Position numbers and translations under genes: made by a program. A stretch of 64,000 nucleotides of DNA from Piromyces finnis finn. Taxonomy: Eukaryota; Fungi; Neocallimastigomycota. Each line of letters starts with the position of its first letter. Positions within the stretch are counted from its first letter, which is position 1. Shown here piece by piece: positions 63,281-64,000 of this stretch. The stretch is taken from positions 558,001 through 622,000 of the forward strand of contig MCFH01000027.1 in NCBI GenBank assembly GCA_002104945.1, in the 5' to 3' direction. The notes beneath the pieces were generated by a model. That model was given only the letters and a program-made list of their open reading frames with translations, searched no databases and had not been told where the DNA came from.

Positions 63281-64000
63281 ATTACTCTTTCTCAATAGCC
63301 ACGGTTTAAGCTATGATTTGTAACGCCAGATACAAGATTTTCATAATGTTGGGGCTGTGAAATAAAATTTCTATTATTTTAACATTATTGATACGCGTAT
63401 ATATTACTCTAAATCGACAAGACACTCATCAATATTGACTAATAACACATAGAGATAAAAAATATTTTAATAATGTTTATTGTGACTACAAAAATAGAAT
63501 TACTAAACAAATGTTTACTTTTTTTTGGCATTTACTGATTATTTTTTCTAATTCCTTATTAATTTATTTATTATAAATCACATCTCACTCCTTTCCACTT
63601 TTAACAATTTACACTACTTATTTTTTATAAACCTTTTTACACACACACACACTAAACTTTCAAATTTATATAAATATTATAAATTTTTAGGTATATGATA
63701 TTTTTTATTTTATTTTTTTATTTTGATTTGTTATTTATGTTTTTTTTGCTTTTTTTTTTTTTCAAACTTCAATATAATAATTTTTGTATAAATTATTTTT
63801 ACATATTTCAAGAAATTTATTATTTCCCTTTAAATTATTATATATAATATTTTTTTTGCTTTTCATAAAATTATTGGATGTTCCCTTTTATACAAGAATT
63901 TTCCTCTTTTTTTTTTTAGTTTTTTAGATTTTTTATGATCCTTTTAAGCTTATTTTTCTTCTTGGATTTAAATGAGCTACATATTTATTAACCTAGTAGT

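Overview
Extremely AT-rich, intron-rich eukaryotic genomic DNA. Composition, poly-Asn tracts, codon usage and fungal-type proteins suggest an anaerobic gut fungus (Neocallimastigomycota); this assignment is an inference. The window is bracketed by two ~99% identical copies of a single-ORF APE-RT non-LTR retrotransposon (LINE) in opposite orientation. Copy A is at 1-5457 (minus). Copy B is at 55887-61465 (plus), full length, with a 12-13 bp target-site duplication and a 37-nt poly(A) tail. Decayed fragments of the same family lie at 5461-5579, 61785-63209 and 63209-63280. Between the copies are host genes: vigilin/Scp160, a DENN-domain Rab GEF, an orphan Asn/Ser-rich 890-aa protein, cytosolic aspartyl-tRNA synthetase, AP-1/2 beta adaptin, a ZNF511-like C2H2 protein, Dom34/Pelota, and a spliced 16-unit tandem-repeat protein that the ORF track missed. 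The most interesting points are: the LINE architecture (RRM-like domain fused to APE-RT, a chain of hairpins at the 5' end with a duplicated stem-loop, and a candidate 5'-UTR intron); chimeric self-family junctions; a catalytic E-to-G change in copy B; a phase-0 micro-exon array and a ~62-aa insertion in AspRS; a beta-adaptin lacking its platform subdomain; and the NKFGRP repeat protein.
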